A stretch of DNA of 64,000 nucleotides from positions 13,334 through 77,333 of the forward strand of contig JAYNIM010000006.1 in assembly GCA_038109055.1 (NCBI GenBank), in the 5' to 3' direction. The notes beneath the pieces were generated by a model. The model was not told where the DNA came from. It saw only the letters and a program-made list of their open reading frames with translations, and ran no database searches. Below are positions 53,439 through 63,310 of this stretch, piece by piece. Made by a program: the position numbers and the translations under genes. This stretch comes from a bacterium (GTDB lineage Bacteria; Margulisbacteria; Marinamargulisbacteria; GCA-2716485; JAYNIM01). How positions within the stretch are numbered: position 1 is the stretch's first letter; each line of letters begins with the position of its first letter.

Positions 53439-54761
53439 ATGTCCCACGAAAGCATCCTCATTCAACAAGCTAACTTTTTTCAAAACCAACACATGGTTCA
53501 AGGCGATATCCTTATTAAGGATCATAAGATTTTAAAAATAGCTCCTAGCTTAGCTAAACACGCCGAACACATCATCCCTGCTCAACATTTCTTCCTTATG
53601 CCTGGCGTCATCGATCCACATGTTCATTTCAGAGACCCAGGCCTTTGTCACAAAGAAGACTTAGAAAGTGGCAGTAAAGCCGCTGCTGCTGGTGGCGTAA
53701 CCAGTTTTTTTGACATGCCAAACACCCTCCCCAACACCGACACCTGTGAACACATGGCCGAAAAAAAAGCCATTGCAGCTCAAAAGTCTCTGATTAATTA
53801 CAACTTTTTTATGGCGGCAACACACGACAATCTTTCTGAGTTAATCCGTGCTGAAAACATTGCAGGTATTAAAATTTATGTCGGCTCTTCAACAGGCAAT
53901 TTATTGGTCAATCAACCCGAGATACTCGAAAACATATTTGCCCAAAGCAATAAATTAATCGCCGTACATTCCGAAGACGAAACCACCATCATCGCCAATC
54001 AAAACAAATATCTGCCTAACGACGATCCCAAAACCCACCTCAAAATCCGCAGCAAAGAGGCCGCCATCACCTGCACAAACATGCTGCTTAAATTAGCAAA
54101 AACACATCAAAGTCGCCTACACATTTGCCATCTCACAACAGCCGAAGAAGCCCAACTCATCCAAAAAGCTCAACTATCCAATGTTTCTTGTGAAGCCACC
54201 GTCCAACATTTACATCTGGATGACAGCCTTTACGATCAAATTGGCCCCTTTGCTCAACTCAATCCCCCCATCAGAGACAAAGCCAATGCCCAAGCCCTAC
54301 AAAACGCACTTAAAACAGGTATCATCAACTGTCTTGCCTCTGACCATTCCCCCCATACCAAAAAAGAAAAATCTCAACGCTTCGGCAAAGCACCCTCTGG
54401 CATACCTTCTGTTGAAACCCAACTTCCTGTCATGCTCAATCAAGTTCAGAAAAAAAACTATACCCTGCAACAACTCCAACAGTGGTTTTGTCACGCCCCT
54501 GCACAACTCTTTAATATTCATAACAAAGGCTTTCTAAAAGAAGGTTACGACGCCGATCTAACCTTAATTGATCTTAAAAAAAGCAAAATCCTACAAGAAA
54601 ACCACCTCTACTGCAAAGCAAAATGGAGCCCCTATTCGGGCCAAAAACTCACAGGCTGGCCACTCATCACCTTAGTAAATGGGCATATTGTTTTTCAAGA
54701 AGGAGATTTTTTTGATGAAATTAAGGGAAAAGAAATCTACATTTCACAAAAAAGCCATTAA
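53439..54761 (+). CDS. pyrC: Dihydroorotase
   Basis: DPHVHFRDPG, DMPNT, KIYVGSSTG, NPPIR, SDHSPH. Confidence 0.92.
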   Translation: MSHESILIQQANFFQNQHMVQGDILIKDHKILKIAPSLAKHAEHIIPAQHFFLMPGVIDPHVHFRDPGLCHKEDLESGSKAAAAGGVTSFFDMPNTLPNTDTCEHMAEKKAIAAQKSLINYNFFMAATHDNLSELIRAENIAGIKIYVGSSTGNLLVNQPEILENIFAQSNKLIAVHSEDETTIIANQNKYLPNDDPKTHLKIRSKEAAITCTNMLLKLAKTHQSRLHICHLTTAEEAQLIQKAQLSNVSCEATVQHLHLDDSLYDQIGPFAQLNPPIRDKANAQALQNALKTGIINCLASDHSPHTKKEKSQRFGKAPSGIPSVETQLPVMLNQVQKKNYTLQQLQQWFCHAPAQLFNIHNKGFLKEGYDADLTLIDLKKSKILQENHLYCKAKWSPYSGQKLTGWPLITLVNGHIVFQEGDFFDEIKGKEIYISQKSH

Positions 54762-55957
54762 GACATCTGTCGTTTACACACCCAATCCACGACCAACGAG
54801 GCTACCTGTTTCTTCGTCATTTTTTGATGGACAACTCCTAGTTGATTCTCTCGATCATACAAGGTAACTTGATTATACTCCGATCCAAACACCTGTCCTT
54901 CAGACACATCATTCGCCACAATTAAATCAGCGCCTTTATCCCGCAATTTTTGTTGTGCATGAGTCTGCAACTGCTGAGTTTCAGCAGCAAAGCCAATCAA
55001 AATAGGCGGTTTTTTATCCGAACACCCCACCGATTGCAAAATATCCACCGTTGGAACAAACTCCAAGGTTAAGCCTTTTTTAGATTTTTTTTGCTTGTGT
55101 GAATCAGGTTGAGCAATACACCAATCCGACACAGCCGCGACACAAATCATAATATCAATCGACTCTTGAACCAAAAGACGCTGAACCTGTCTGTGCATAT
55201 CTTCCGCAGTAGTCACAGATTGAAGTGATGAAAAAGCTGATTTTTCCACCTCTTGCCGACCTGCCACCGTAAACACCTTCGCACCAGCCACTTTAAAAGC
55301 CTGAAACAAGGCCAACCCCTGTTTACCAGACGAACGATTAGTCAGACCTCGAACCGCATCAATAGGTTCAAAGGTTGCGCCCGTTGTAAGCAAGACTTTT
55401 TTCCCCAACAAACATCGACAGCCATCCCCCAAAGATAACAGCTTGTCCTTAATAGACGCATAGGCAGCTAAACGCCCCACCCCCTGTTCACCACAGGCCA
55501 TCTCCCCCTCTTCCGGCAACACAAAATGATATCCATCCTCTTGCAATTGCCTTACATGACGCTGACACACAGCTTGCTGCCACATCTCCACATTCATCGC
55601 AGGCACAAAACAAACAGGCACCCTAGTCGCCATAATCACCGAAGACGCCAAATCATTACACAGCCCCAAAGCAATTTTTGCCATAAAATGTAAGGTCGCT
55701 GAAAAAACCAATATCCTGTCATAATCACGCGCCAACTCAATATGTAAAATAGTCGAGCGTTTCTTAAAAAAATCAGCTGATTCATAAACCCGTCCCCCAG
55801 ACAAGGTCGACAAGGACAAAGGCGTCACAAAAGAACTCGCAGAGTCACTCAAAACCGAATCAATCACAAGGTGTGGAACATCGCGTTTAAACTCACGAAC
55901 AAAATCCAAAGCCTTATATGCTGAAACACCCCCACACACAATCATTAAAATTCGCAT
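54758..55957 (-). CDS. coaBC: Phosphopantothenoylcysteine decarboxylase/synthetase
   Basis: GGVSAYK, HIELA, PAMNVEMW, MACGE.G.GR, NRSSGKQG, AAVSD, GFAAET. Confidence 0.95.
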   Translation of the reverse strand: MRILMIVCGGVSAYKALDFVREFKRDVPHLVIDSVLSDSASSFVTPLSLSTLSGGRVYESADFFKKRSTILHIELARDYDRILVFSATLHFMAKIALGLCNDLASSVIMATRVPVCFVPAMNVEMWQQAVCQRHVRQLQEDGYHFVLPEEGEMACGEQGVGRLAAYASIKDKLLSLGDGCRCLLGKKVLLTTGATFEPIDAVRGLTNRSSGKQGLALFQAFKVAGAKVFTVAGRQEVEKSAFSSLQSVTTAEDMHRQVQRLLVQESIDIMICVAAVSDWCIAQPDSHKQKKSKKGLTLEFVPTVDILQSVGCSDKKPPILIGFAAETQQLQTHAQQKLRDKGADLIVANDVSEGQVFGSEYNQVTLYDRENQLGVVHQKMTKKQVASLVVDWVCKRQMS

Positions 55958-56088
55958 AATTTTCTCGCAGGTACTCTCTCTACCTCACACATTGTGCAGC
56001 AAACAAAAGTCAGACGTCAATAAAAAGCTCCCTCATCCACACAGACTTAAAACTTTTTAAAGAAAACAACTAATGTTAAACTAAACGC

Positions 56089-56979
56089 ATGACTACGAAA
56101 GAAAAAAAACCCTTACGTATCCCACAGTGGTTCAAACAAAACAAAAGCAAAAAAAATGCCACCTTATCCCTAGCCAAAAAATTAGACCGTCAAATTCCCA
56201 ACAGCATCTGCCAAGAAGCCAAATGTCCCAATCGTTCAGAATGCTTCAACAAAGGCGTCTTAACCTTCATGATCTTAGGTATAACCTGTACACGCAACTG
56301 TGCCTTTTGTAGCGTCGCACACGGCAAACCCCTCCCTCCTGATAAAGCAGAAGTCAAAAATATCCTAAACGCCATCAAAATACTTAATTTACGCTTTGTG
56401 GTACTTACATCCCCCAATCGAGATGATCTCAAAGATGGTGGCTCAAATCATTACGCCTTTTGCATTACTGAAATCAAAAAAGCCTACCCAAAAGTAAAAG
56501 TGGAAGTATTAATACCCGATTTCCAAGGCGACACCACTGCCCTAGACACTATCATCGCTGCCAAGCCTGATGTTATTAATCACAATATGGAAACCGTCCC
56601 CTCTCTGTATCGTATTGCTAGAAGAGGGTCCTTATTTCAACGCTCTCTAGATGTCTTAGCCTATATCAAAGAAAAAGCCCCTCATATTCTAAGCAAATCA
56701 GGCCTCATGGTCGGCTTAGGTGAAACAACAGAGGAACTACACGATACCTTCAAAGTCATCCGAGAAAGTCATGTTGATATCTTAACCTTAGGGCAATACC
56801 TCAAACCTAGTAAAGATAATTTAGATGTCAAAAAGTACTACACCCCTCAAGAATTTGACGATCTAAAAACAAGGGCAGAAACCTATGGCTACCCCTTTGT
56901 ATTTTCGGGACCTCTTGTCAGGAGTTCCTATTTGGCCGATCACGTCTTTGAAAAAACAACGCCTATCGCATGTCATTAG
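56089..56979 (+). CDS. lipA: Lipoyl synthase
   Basis: CQEAKCPNRSEC, CTRNCAFC, GQYL.P, VRSSY. Confidence 0.96.
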   Translation: MTTKEKKPLRIPQWFKQNKSKKNATLSLAKKLDRQIPNSICQEAKCPNRSECFNKGVLTFMILGITCTRNCAFCSVAHGKPLPPDKAEVKNILNAIKILNLRFVVLTSPNRDDLKDGGSNHYAFCITEIKKAYPKVKVEVLIPDFQGDTTALDTIIAAKPDVINHNMETVPSLYRIARRGSLFQRSLDVLAYIKEKAPHILSKSGLMVGLGETTEELHDTFKVIRESHVDILTLGQYLKPSKDNLDVKKYYTPQEFDDLKTRAETYGYPFVFSGPLVRSSYLADHVFEKTTPIACH

Positions 56980-57560
56980 ACACATCCGTAGTATTATTAA
57001 TACTTCTAAGTTATTTTTTAGGCGCCCTCCCTTTTGGTCTTATCCTTTCTAAACTGAAAGGGATAGATATCAGAAAAGTAGGCTCCGGAAACATAGGCGC
57101 AACTAACGTCTACAGAAACATGGGTAAAACCTATGGTATTTTAGTCTTTATATTAGATGCACTCAAAGGATGGTTCCCTACATATTTAGCCCTACAATTA
57201 ACACAGAACCCATGGCTACATATTAGTATTGGAATAATCGCAATAGTCGGCCATAGCTTCAGTATCTTTGTTACATTTAAAGGAGGGAAAGGTGTCGCGA
57301 CTGCCGGAGGCATGTTACTCGCTTTAGACCCTCTTGTATTTTTAATCATATTCCCCAGCACAATCATTGCCATCAAGCTATGTAACTACGTCGCACCTTG
57401 TAGTATTGCTGCCGCCATCATCACCCCTCTATTATTATGGGTGTTCAAAAATCCAAACGCCTACATTATCCCCACCAGCATCCTATCCTTCATGATCATC
57501 CTAAAACACAAAAGTAACATCATTCGCTTAATCCAAGGAAAAGAAAACAAACTTCAATGA
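56970..57560 (+). CDS. plsY: Glycerol-3-phosphate acyltransferase
   Basis: DIRKVGSGNIGATN, GH..FKGGKGVAT, HKSNI.RL..GKE. Confidence 0.95.
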   Translation: MSLDTSVVLLILLSYFLGALPFGLILSKLKGIDIRKVGSGNIGATNVYRNMGKTYGILVFILDALKGWFPTYLALQLTQNPWLHISIGIIAIVGHSFSIFVTFKGGKGVATAGGMLLALDPLVFLIIFPSTIIAIKLCNYVAPCSIAAAIITPLLLWVFKNPNAYIIPTSILSFMIILKHKSNIIRLIQGKENKLQ

Positions 57561-58543
57561 AAACATTTACAGTAATTGGCTGTGGTGCCTGGGCATTAAG
57601 CATAGCAAACGTATTAGCAGAAAACTCCCACAATGTTAACCTATGGTGCCACGACCTAAACATAACTACTAGCATCAACAAAACTCACAAAAATCCACTT
57701 CTCAAACACCTTAGCATTCACCCAAGAATACCTGCCTTTAACGACCTATCAAATATCGATAAAGATACCAACGGCATCATCATCGGAGTCGCCTCTCCTT
57801 TCATTGATATCATCAAAAAAATTCCCTCTACTCAACACGCGCCTTTCCTCGTGCTCACAAAAGGCTTACTAGAAAACAAAAACACCCTTCTACTAGCCGA
57901 CTATATCAATGAGATACGCCCCAATAACCCCCTAGCTCTATTATCAGGCCCAAATTTAGCCCAAGAAATCATCGAAAAAAAACCAGCCGCAACAGTCATT
58001 GCTTCCCAAAAAGAACATATTGCTCAATTTTTCCAAACTGCACTCAGTAACCATTATTTACGTGTATATACCTCCTCAGATATTATTGGCGTATCATTAG
58101 GCGGTATACTTAAAAACATCATGGCTATTGCAGGAGGATGTATCGACGGCTTAAAATTAGGCATGAACAGCAAAGCTGCACTTTTATCACGAAGTTTACA
58201 AGAAATGATCCGAATAGGAACTTTTTTAGGCGGCAAAAAAGAGTCCTTCTTAGGGTTAAGCGGCTTAGGTGATCTGATAACAACCGCTAATTCATCTCTA
58301 AGCAGAAATTGGAATGTGGGCTACGCGCTAGCAAAAGGCGAAAACTTTCAAAAAAAGTTACAACAAACACAAAGTATTGCAGAAGGCATAAAAACAACCA
58401 AAATCATCTACGAACTAAGCAAAAAACATCATATCGATATGCCAATAACCGAACAAATTTATCTCGCTTTGTTCAAAAACAAAAACCCCAAAGACGCTAT
58501 AAATGATCTCATGACACGCAAACTTAAATCTGAAGATACATGA
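57557..58543 (+). CDS. gpsA: NAD(P)H-dependent glycerol-3-phosphate dehydrogenase
   Basis: LSGPNLAQE, LKNIMAI, GLSGLGDL..T, SRN, AEG. Confidence 0.95.
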   Translation: MKTFTVIGCGAWALSIANVLAENSHNVNLWCHDLNITTSINKTHKNPLLKHLSIHPRIPAFNDLSNIDKDTNGIIIGVASPFIDIIKKIPSTQHAPFLVLTKGLLENKNTLLLADYINEIRPNNPLALLSGPNLAQEIIEKKPAATVIASQKEHIAQFFQTALSNHYLRVYTSSDIIGVSLGGILKNIMAIAGGCIDGLKLGMNSKAALLSRSLQEMIRIGTFLGGKKESFLGLSGLGDLITTANSSLSRNWNVGYALAKGENFQKKLQQTQSIAEGIKTTKIIYELSKKHHIDMPITEQIYLALFKNKNPKDAINDLMTRKLKSEDT

Positions 58544-59745
58544 AAATAGGGATTTTTGGTGGCAGTTTTGATCCTTTTCACAAAGGTCATTTACACGTAC
58601 TTGTTGAAAGCTGTAAATCCATCCTCTTTGACCGTCTTATCTTACTCCCAAACTATCAATCCCCTCACAAACACAATAGCCATTTATCTGCCAAACAACG
58701 CTATACACTATTACATACATTACTTCCTTACTTAACAAAACACTGCGAAAAAGCCACTCAAAAAAAAATTCCCATCATCCTATCAGACATCGAAATAACG
58801 AAACAATCATGGACAATAAATAGCCTCAAAATTCTACACAAACAATACCCCAAAGACCACCTATATCTACTAATGGGCTCTGATTGCTTTTTCAGCTTTC
58901 ATACCTGGAAAGACTATCAAGAAATCCCCCACTATTGCGACCTGGTGATCACACAGCGAGACAAAAAATCCGAAAATAGTTATGAAGATTACGCAAACGA
59001 TATTTTAGAAATCAAAAAAACTCAATGGCGATTATGTAAAAACAACATAAATCCCATTTCTGCACACAGCATCAAAAAATATCCCTCCAAAATTGACACA
59101 GCCATCCCAGCGCCTATCAAAGATCAATTAAAACAAAACATAAAGACCCCTACAGAACAAAAGCAACTCATTATCGGTATCACAGGACGTGTGGGATCTG
59201 GAAAAAGTTACGCGTTAAAAATCATAGAAAAAGAACTCTCTGCCAAAAGCATAGAATTAGATATCATTGGCCATCGCTGTCTTGAAAAAACAAGCCCATT
59301 ACTCATCAAACAATTCGGTAAAGACATCCTAACAAACGATAGAATTGACAGAAATAAGCTCAGAAAAATTGTCTTTAGCCATGCAAAAAATCTACAGATC
59401 TTAAACACACTCATACACCCTAAAATCAAAGCAAAGACACTACAAGAAATAAGCCAAAACAAAAATAAATTCATCCTTATTTGTGGAGCCTTACTTCACG
59501 AAATAAACTTAAACATCCACTGTGATATCATTATCAATATTGATGCACATGCCTCAAAAATCAAACAACATATTGGCTCAAAATTTAAGGCAGCAAGTTT
59601 TCAACTCAGTAAAAAAACATTTAAACAAAAAGCAACTTACACTCTTACAAATACATTTTCAAAAACATTTACCATTGCATGTATAAACCTATGTACAACT
59701 ATTAAAAAAAAATCAACCGATTCATTACCAAGAAAAAATCAATAA
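58540..59745 (+). CDS. Fusion of a NadD-like adenylyltransferase and a CoaE-like dephospho-CoA kinase
   Basis: N-terminal GGSFDPFHKGH, SPHK, LMGSD..F.TW; from about 59167 IGITGRVGSGKS, IDRNKLRKIVF, LNTLIHPKI, LLHE. Confidence 0.85.
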   Translation: MKIGIFGGSFDPFHKGHLHVLVESCKSILFDRLILLPNYQSPHKHNSHLSAKQRYTLLHTLLPYLTKHCEKATQKKIPIILSDIEITKQSWTINSLKILHKQYPKDHLYLLMGSDCFFSFHTWKDYQEIPHYCDLVITQRDKKSENSYEDYANDILEIKKTQWRLCKNNINPISAHSIKKYPSKIDTAIPAPIKDQLKQNIKTPTEQKQLIIGITGRVGSGKSYALKIIEKELSAKSIELDIIGHRCLEKTSPLLIKQFGKDILTNDRIDRNKLRKIVFSHAKNLQILNTLIHPKIKAKTLQEISQNKNKFILICGALLHEINLNIHCDIIINIDAHASKIKQHIGSKFKAASFQLSKKTFKQKATYTLTNTFSKTFTIACINLCTTIKKKSTDSLPRKNQ

Positions 59746-59788
59746 AAAAATTGTTGTTTCACATAAGATTTGCTATAAATATAAGGTT

Positions 59789-60991
59789 ATGGGAACCTTA
59801 GAAAACACAATACAATCAATTGAAAAATATACCCTCAAAGAAAATCTTTTAACACACGCCGAAGAAGCAATTGAAGAAGGTCATCTTCAAGACGGATTTA
59901 ATTTGTTAGTAGAATTTATAGAAAAAAACAAGCACGCCTTAAAAACAAAACCTCAAAACAAAAGTATACGAAATAACCTCACAGTTGCCTATAAAAAAAT
60001 CAGCGAATTACAACCTTATCCCAGTGATTATAATCTTCCAAAGCAAAACAGCGCCTATTCTAGAAGTCAAGAATCCATCAAGGAAAGCCTATTATCATTA
60101 TTTACCGAAAAAAATTGGCAAAAACAATGTAACGGAAAATTTGGTGGCCCAAAACCCACTACAATGAACTGGAAAACATTTTATCAATATAATGAACAAA
60201 CATTTCAAAAATTATCCTCAAAAGAAAAAAAATTAAGCTGGGCAGCTAGTAACGGTCATATAAAAATAATTAAAACCTTAATCGTAAAACATAAAGCCCT
60301 ATTACGAAAAAAAAATAATCCCTACCTTGAAGATGCAATCAAAAATGGCTTCAATGATATTGCTAAATTACTCATTGAAAATGGCCATTCAATCGATACA
60401 CAGAACAAGGATAAATGGACCCTTTTACACTGGAGCTGCTATAACAACGACATAGAACTAAGTCGCTATTTAATCAATCAAAATATAAAAATAAACACCA
60501 AAGATAAAAACGGGTTAATGCCTATTCATCTTGCATCTTTAAACGGAAATACAGACCTAGTAAGACTATTAAAAAAACATAACTGTCACTTAAACGCAAA
60601 AGACCAACTATTTAAATTAACTCCAATTCAAATGGCCGCTTTCCAAGATCATCATAGTTGCATAGAACTCCTCATTGAGCTTGGCGCTAATTACAAAGTA
60701 CAAGATCCATTTGGCAGAACACTATTACACTGGGCAGCCATAACCCAAAATACAAAATTAACCGAAAAATTATTAAATTTAAAAGTAAATTGCAACCAAA
60801 AAGATAAACTTAAACGAAGTGCACTTCATTGGGCCGCTCAACAAAATGCCTATGAAATCATTTCCTTACTTATAAAAGAAAACTGTCAAATCAATGACAT
60901 AGATTATTTTAACGAAACACCTTTACTTATTGCCGCATTTTACTCAAATAAAAAAGCCTACTCCATACTACTTGAAAGTACATCGAGATAA
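59789..60991 (+). CDS. Ankyrin-repeat protein (about 8 repeats) with an unknown N-terminal domain
   Basis: TLLHW, PIHLA, TPIQMAA, SALHWAA, TPLLIAA at roughly 33-aa spacing. Confidence 0.9.
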   Translation: MGTLENTIQSIEKYTLKENLLTHAEEAIEEGHLQDGFNLLVEFIEKNKHALKTKPQNKSIRNNLTVAYKKISELQPYPSDYNLPKQNSAYSRSQESIKESLLSLFTEKNWQKQCNGKFGGPKPTTMNWKTFYQYNEQTFQKLSSKEKKLSWAASNGHIKIIKTLIVKHKALLRKKNNPYLEDAIKNGFNDIAKLLIENGHSIDTQNKDKWTLLHWSCYNNDIELSRYLINQNIKINTKDKNGLMPIHLASLNGNTDLVRLLKKHNCHLNAKDQLFKLTPIQMAAFQDHHSCIELLIELGANYKVQDPFGRTLLHWAAITQNTKLTEKLLNLKVNCNQKDKLKRSALHWAAQQNAYEIISLLIKENCQINDIDYFNETPLLIAAFYSNKKAYSILLESTSR

Positions 60992-62257
60992 CATCGCTAA
61001 AACTTTTGTTGCTAACACTCGATGCAATGTCACCTTAAACAGAAGTGTTTTCTCTTGGGTTTTCTTCTCTAAAATATGTGCATGTTGATATAAAACAGAC
61101 AAAACATCCTGACGATCAAACGGCACAGAAAAGGTTTTTAACACGTAAAATTCATCCAAAAGATGGTCAACATGTTGAAACAAAGTCCTAAAAGACACAT
61201 CATTTTTCGCAGAGATCAAGACATAAGGCTTATAGACATCTAAACGTTCAAGTAATGTAGAATCAACAGAAACCGCATCTACTTTATTAAACACCGTCAA
61301 TATCGGTCGTTTATTAACTTGCAAGCGTCTAATCAAAGATTTTGAAACCTGCATACTTGCTTCAAAATTTGCAGCACTAACATCAACAACATGAATCAAT
61401 ACATCAGCAACAGTTACCGTCTCTAAGGTGGCATGAAAAGCATCAATTAACAAATGTGGTAATTTGCGAATAAACCCGACCGTATCTGTCAACAAAAGAA
61501 AATGCTTAGACGGCAAAACAAAACGTCTAGTAAACGGATCCAACGTCGCAAAAAGCTTATCTTCAGCCAGCACTTTTGAACCTGTTAATCGATTAAATAG
61601 AGTAGATTTTCCTGCATTCGTATAGCCAATAATAGCCGCATTTAACAAAGGAACATCCTGACGCCGCTGACGACGTAACTGACGCTGCATCGTCAAGCCG
61701 GATAATTTTTTCTTAATCAAAGAAATACGTTTCGACACCTGTCGTCGATCCGTTTCTAACTGCGTTTCACCAGGCCCTCTGGTCCCAATTCCCCCTCCCA
61801 AACGCGATAAATGTGTCCACATCTTTCTTAATCGTGGCAATATATACATTAACTGCGCCAATTCTACCTGCAATTGTGCCTCCGAACTTTGTGCACGCTG
61901 AGCAAAAATATCTAAGATAACCCCAGTCCGATCCAAGATTTTTACTTGAAATAGATCTTCCAAAGCACGACACTGCATAGGAGAGAGTTCATCATCAGTT
62001 ACAACAACACAAATATCATGCTCAGCAATGAAGGCTTTTGCCTCCATCAATTTTCCAGAACCAAGATACGTTTTTGTATGAGGTCGGTCCCGCTTTTGTA
62101 TGAACATGTCAATGGGAATAAGACCAGCAGTTAAACACAGTTGACGTAACTCCTCGAGTGATTCTTTAACAGAAAAATCATGTTTACCCCCCACATCAAT
62201 CCCAAATAAAAGTGTTCGCTTATTATCAAGCGGTAATGTAGAAAAAAAATCTTCCAT
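60968..62257 (-). CDS. hflX: GTPase HflX
   Basis: GPGETQLE.DRR, GYTNAGKST, LFATLD, DTVGF, NKVD. Confidence 0.96.
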   Translation of the reverse strand: MEDFFSTLPLDNKRTLLFGIDVGGKHDFSVKESLEELRQLCLTAGLIPIDMFIQKRDRPHTKTYLGSGKLMEAKAFIAEHDICVVVTDDELSPMQCRALEDLFQVKILDRTGVILDIFAQRAQSSEAQLQVELAQLMYILPRLRKMWTHLSRLGGGIGTRGPGETQLETDRRQVSKRISLIKKKLSGLTMQRQLRRQRRQDVPLLNAAIIGYTNAGKSTLFNRLTGSKVLAEDKLFATLDPFTRRFVLPSKHFLLLTDTVGFIRKLPHLLIDAFHATLETVTVADVLIHVVDVSAANFEASMQVSKSLIRRLQVNKRPILTVFNKVDAVSVDSTLLERLDVYKPYVLISAKNDVSFRTLFQHVDHLLDEFYVLKTFSVPFDRQDVLSVLYQHAHILEKKTQEKTLLFKVTLHRVLATKVLAMLSRCTFK

Positions 62258-62263
62258 AAAAAA

Positions 62264-63310
62264 TCACAATTTCGTCTTAACGTCTCTTAACAACGCATCT
62301 GCCGCCACATCATTTGGAAATTGAACCACATAATTTAACAATAATCGATAGGCTTTTTGGTAAGCCTTAGACTCAATCAAACTTTGAATATACACATGAA
62401 AAAATTTAGCCGCTTCTTTTGGCGCAACCACATAAAAGCGTTCTAAATATAAAATAGCTGATGCCCAATCTTGCCGATTAACCGACAACGAAATTAAGGT
62501 ACGTAAGATTAATTCTTGATCAGGATTTACAAGTTGCTCTTCTTTAAACAAAACATAAGCTTTATCATACTCTTTTAAAAAAATATATAAATTACCCAAG
62601 GTAACCCGTGCATTGCGATACGATGGGTTAATAGCTAGCAAACGCTGCAAATAGGACACCGCCTGATCATAATTTTTCTGTTTAATATAAATATCAGCTA
62701 AATTAAGATAGGCATCCCCCATACGATCATCATAGGAAATAACCCGCTCATACACAGGAACAGCTTCAGAATAACGCCCTTGACGATGCAAATAATAGCC
62801 ATAATTTAATTGAAACAAAGGATTATTAAACCCTATAACAGCAATTTTCTTATAAGCGGCATCTATCTTTTGAGCATAAAAATCAGCTTTATACGGCAAT
62901 AACGATTGATACAACGAATAAATATGAACCAAATATAAATACACCCAGGGATTATATTTATCATAATGTAAGGTTTTAATATAAATAGCTTCCGCATCAG
63001 CCAACAATTTCAAACGCTGGTCATCTGTTGTCATTTGAGCATAATAATCCTGATAAAAACGTCCTAACAAAACCATATAATAAGATTCCCAAGGCGCATA
63101 AGAAATTGCTGTACGCATATCTTCAATCGCATACTTATATCGCTTGTATACAGAAAAATGAAATGCATCTTTATAATAACGCTCTGCAATAAAAGGCTGC
63201 AAAGCCAAGTAAAACAAAAAAACAAGTCCAGAAAAAAAACAAAGATACAAAAAATAACCCCATTTTGGAATAAGAGAAAAGGAAAATTGTTTATTTGTCA
63301 TAAGAATCAA
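62264..63310 (-). CDS. Membrane-anchored TPR protein
   Basis: N-terminal TM helix, repeated TPR patterns (AYLNLADIY..A..INP). Confidence 0.85.
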   Translation of the reverse strand: MILMTNKQFSFSLIPKWGYFLYLCFFSGLVFLFYLALQPFIAERYYKDAFHFSVYKRYKYAIEDMRTAISYAPWESYYMVLLGRFYQDYYAQMTTDDQRLKLLADAEAIYIKTLHYDKYNPWVYLYLVHIYSLYQSLLPYKADFYAQKIDAAYKKIAVIGFNNPLFQLNYGYYLHRQGRYSEAVPVYERVISYDDRMGDAYLNLADIYIKQKNYDQAVSYLQRLLAINPSYRNARVTLGNLYIFLKEYDKAYVLFKEEQLVNPDQELILRTLISLSVNRQDWASAILYLERFYVVAPKEAAKFFHVYIQSLIESKAYQKAYRLLLNYVVQFPNDVAADALLRDVKTKL

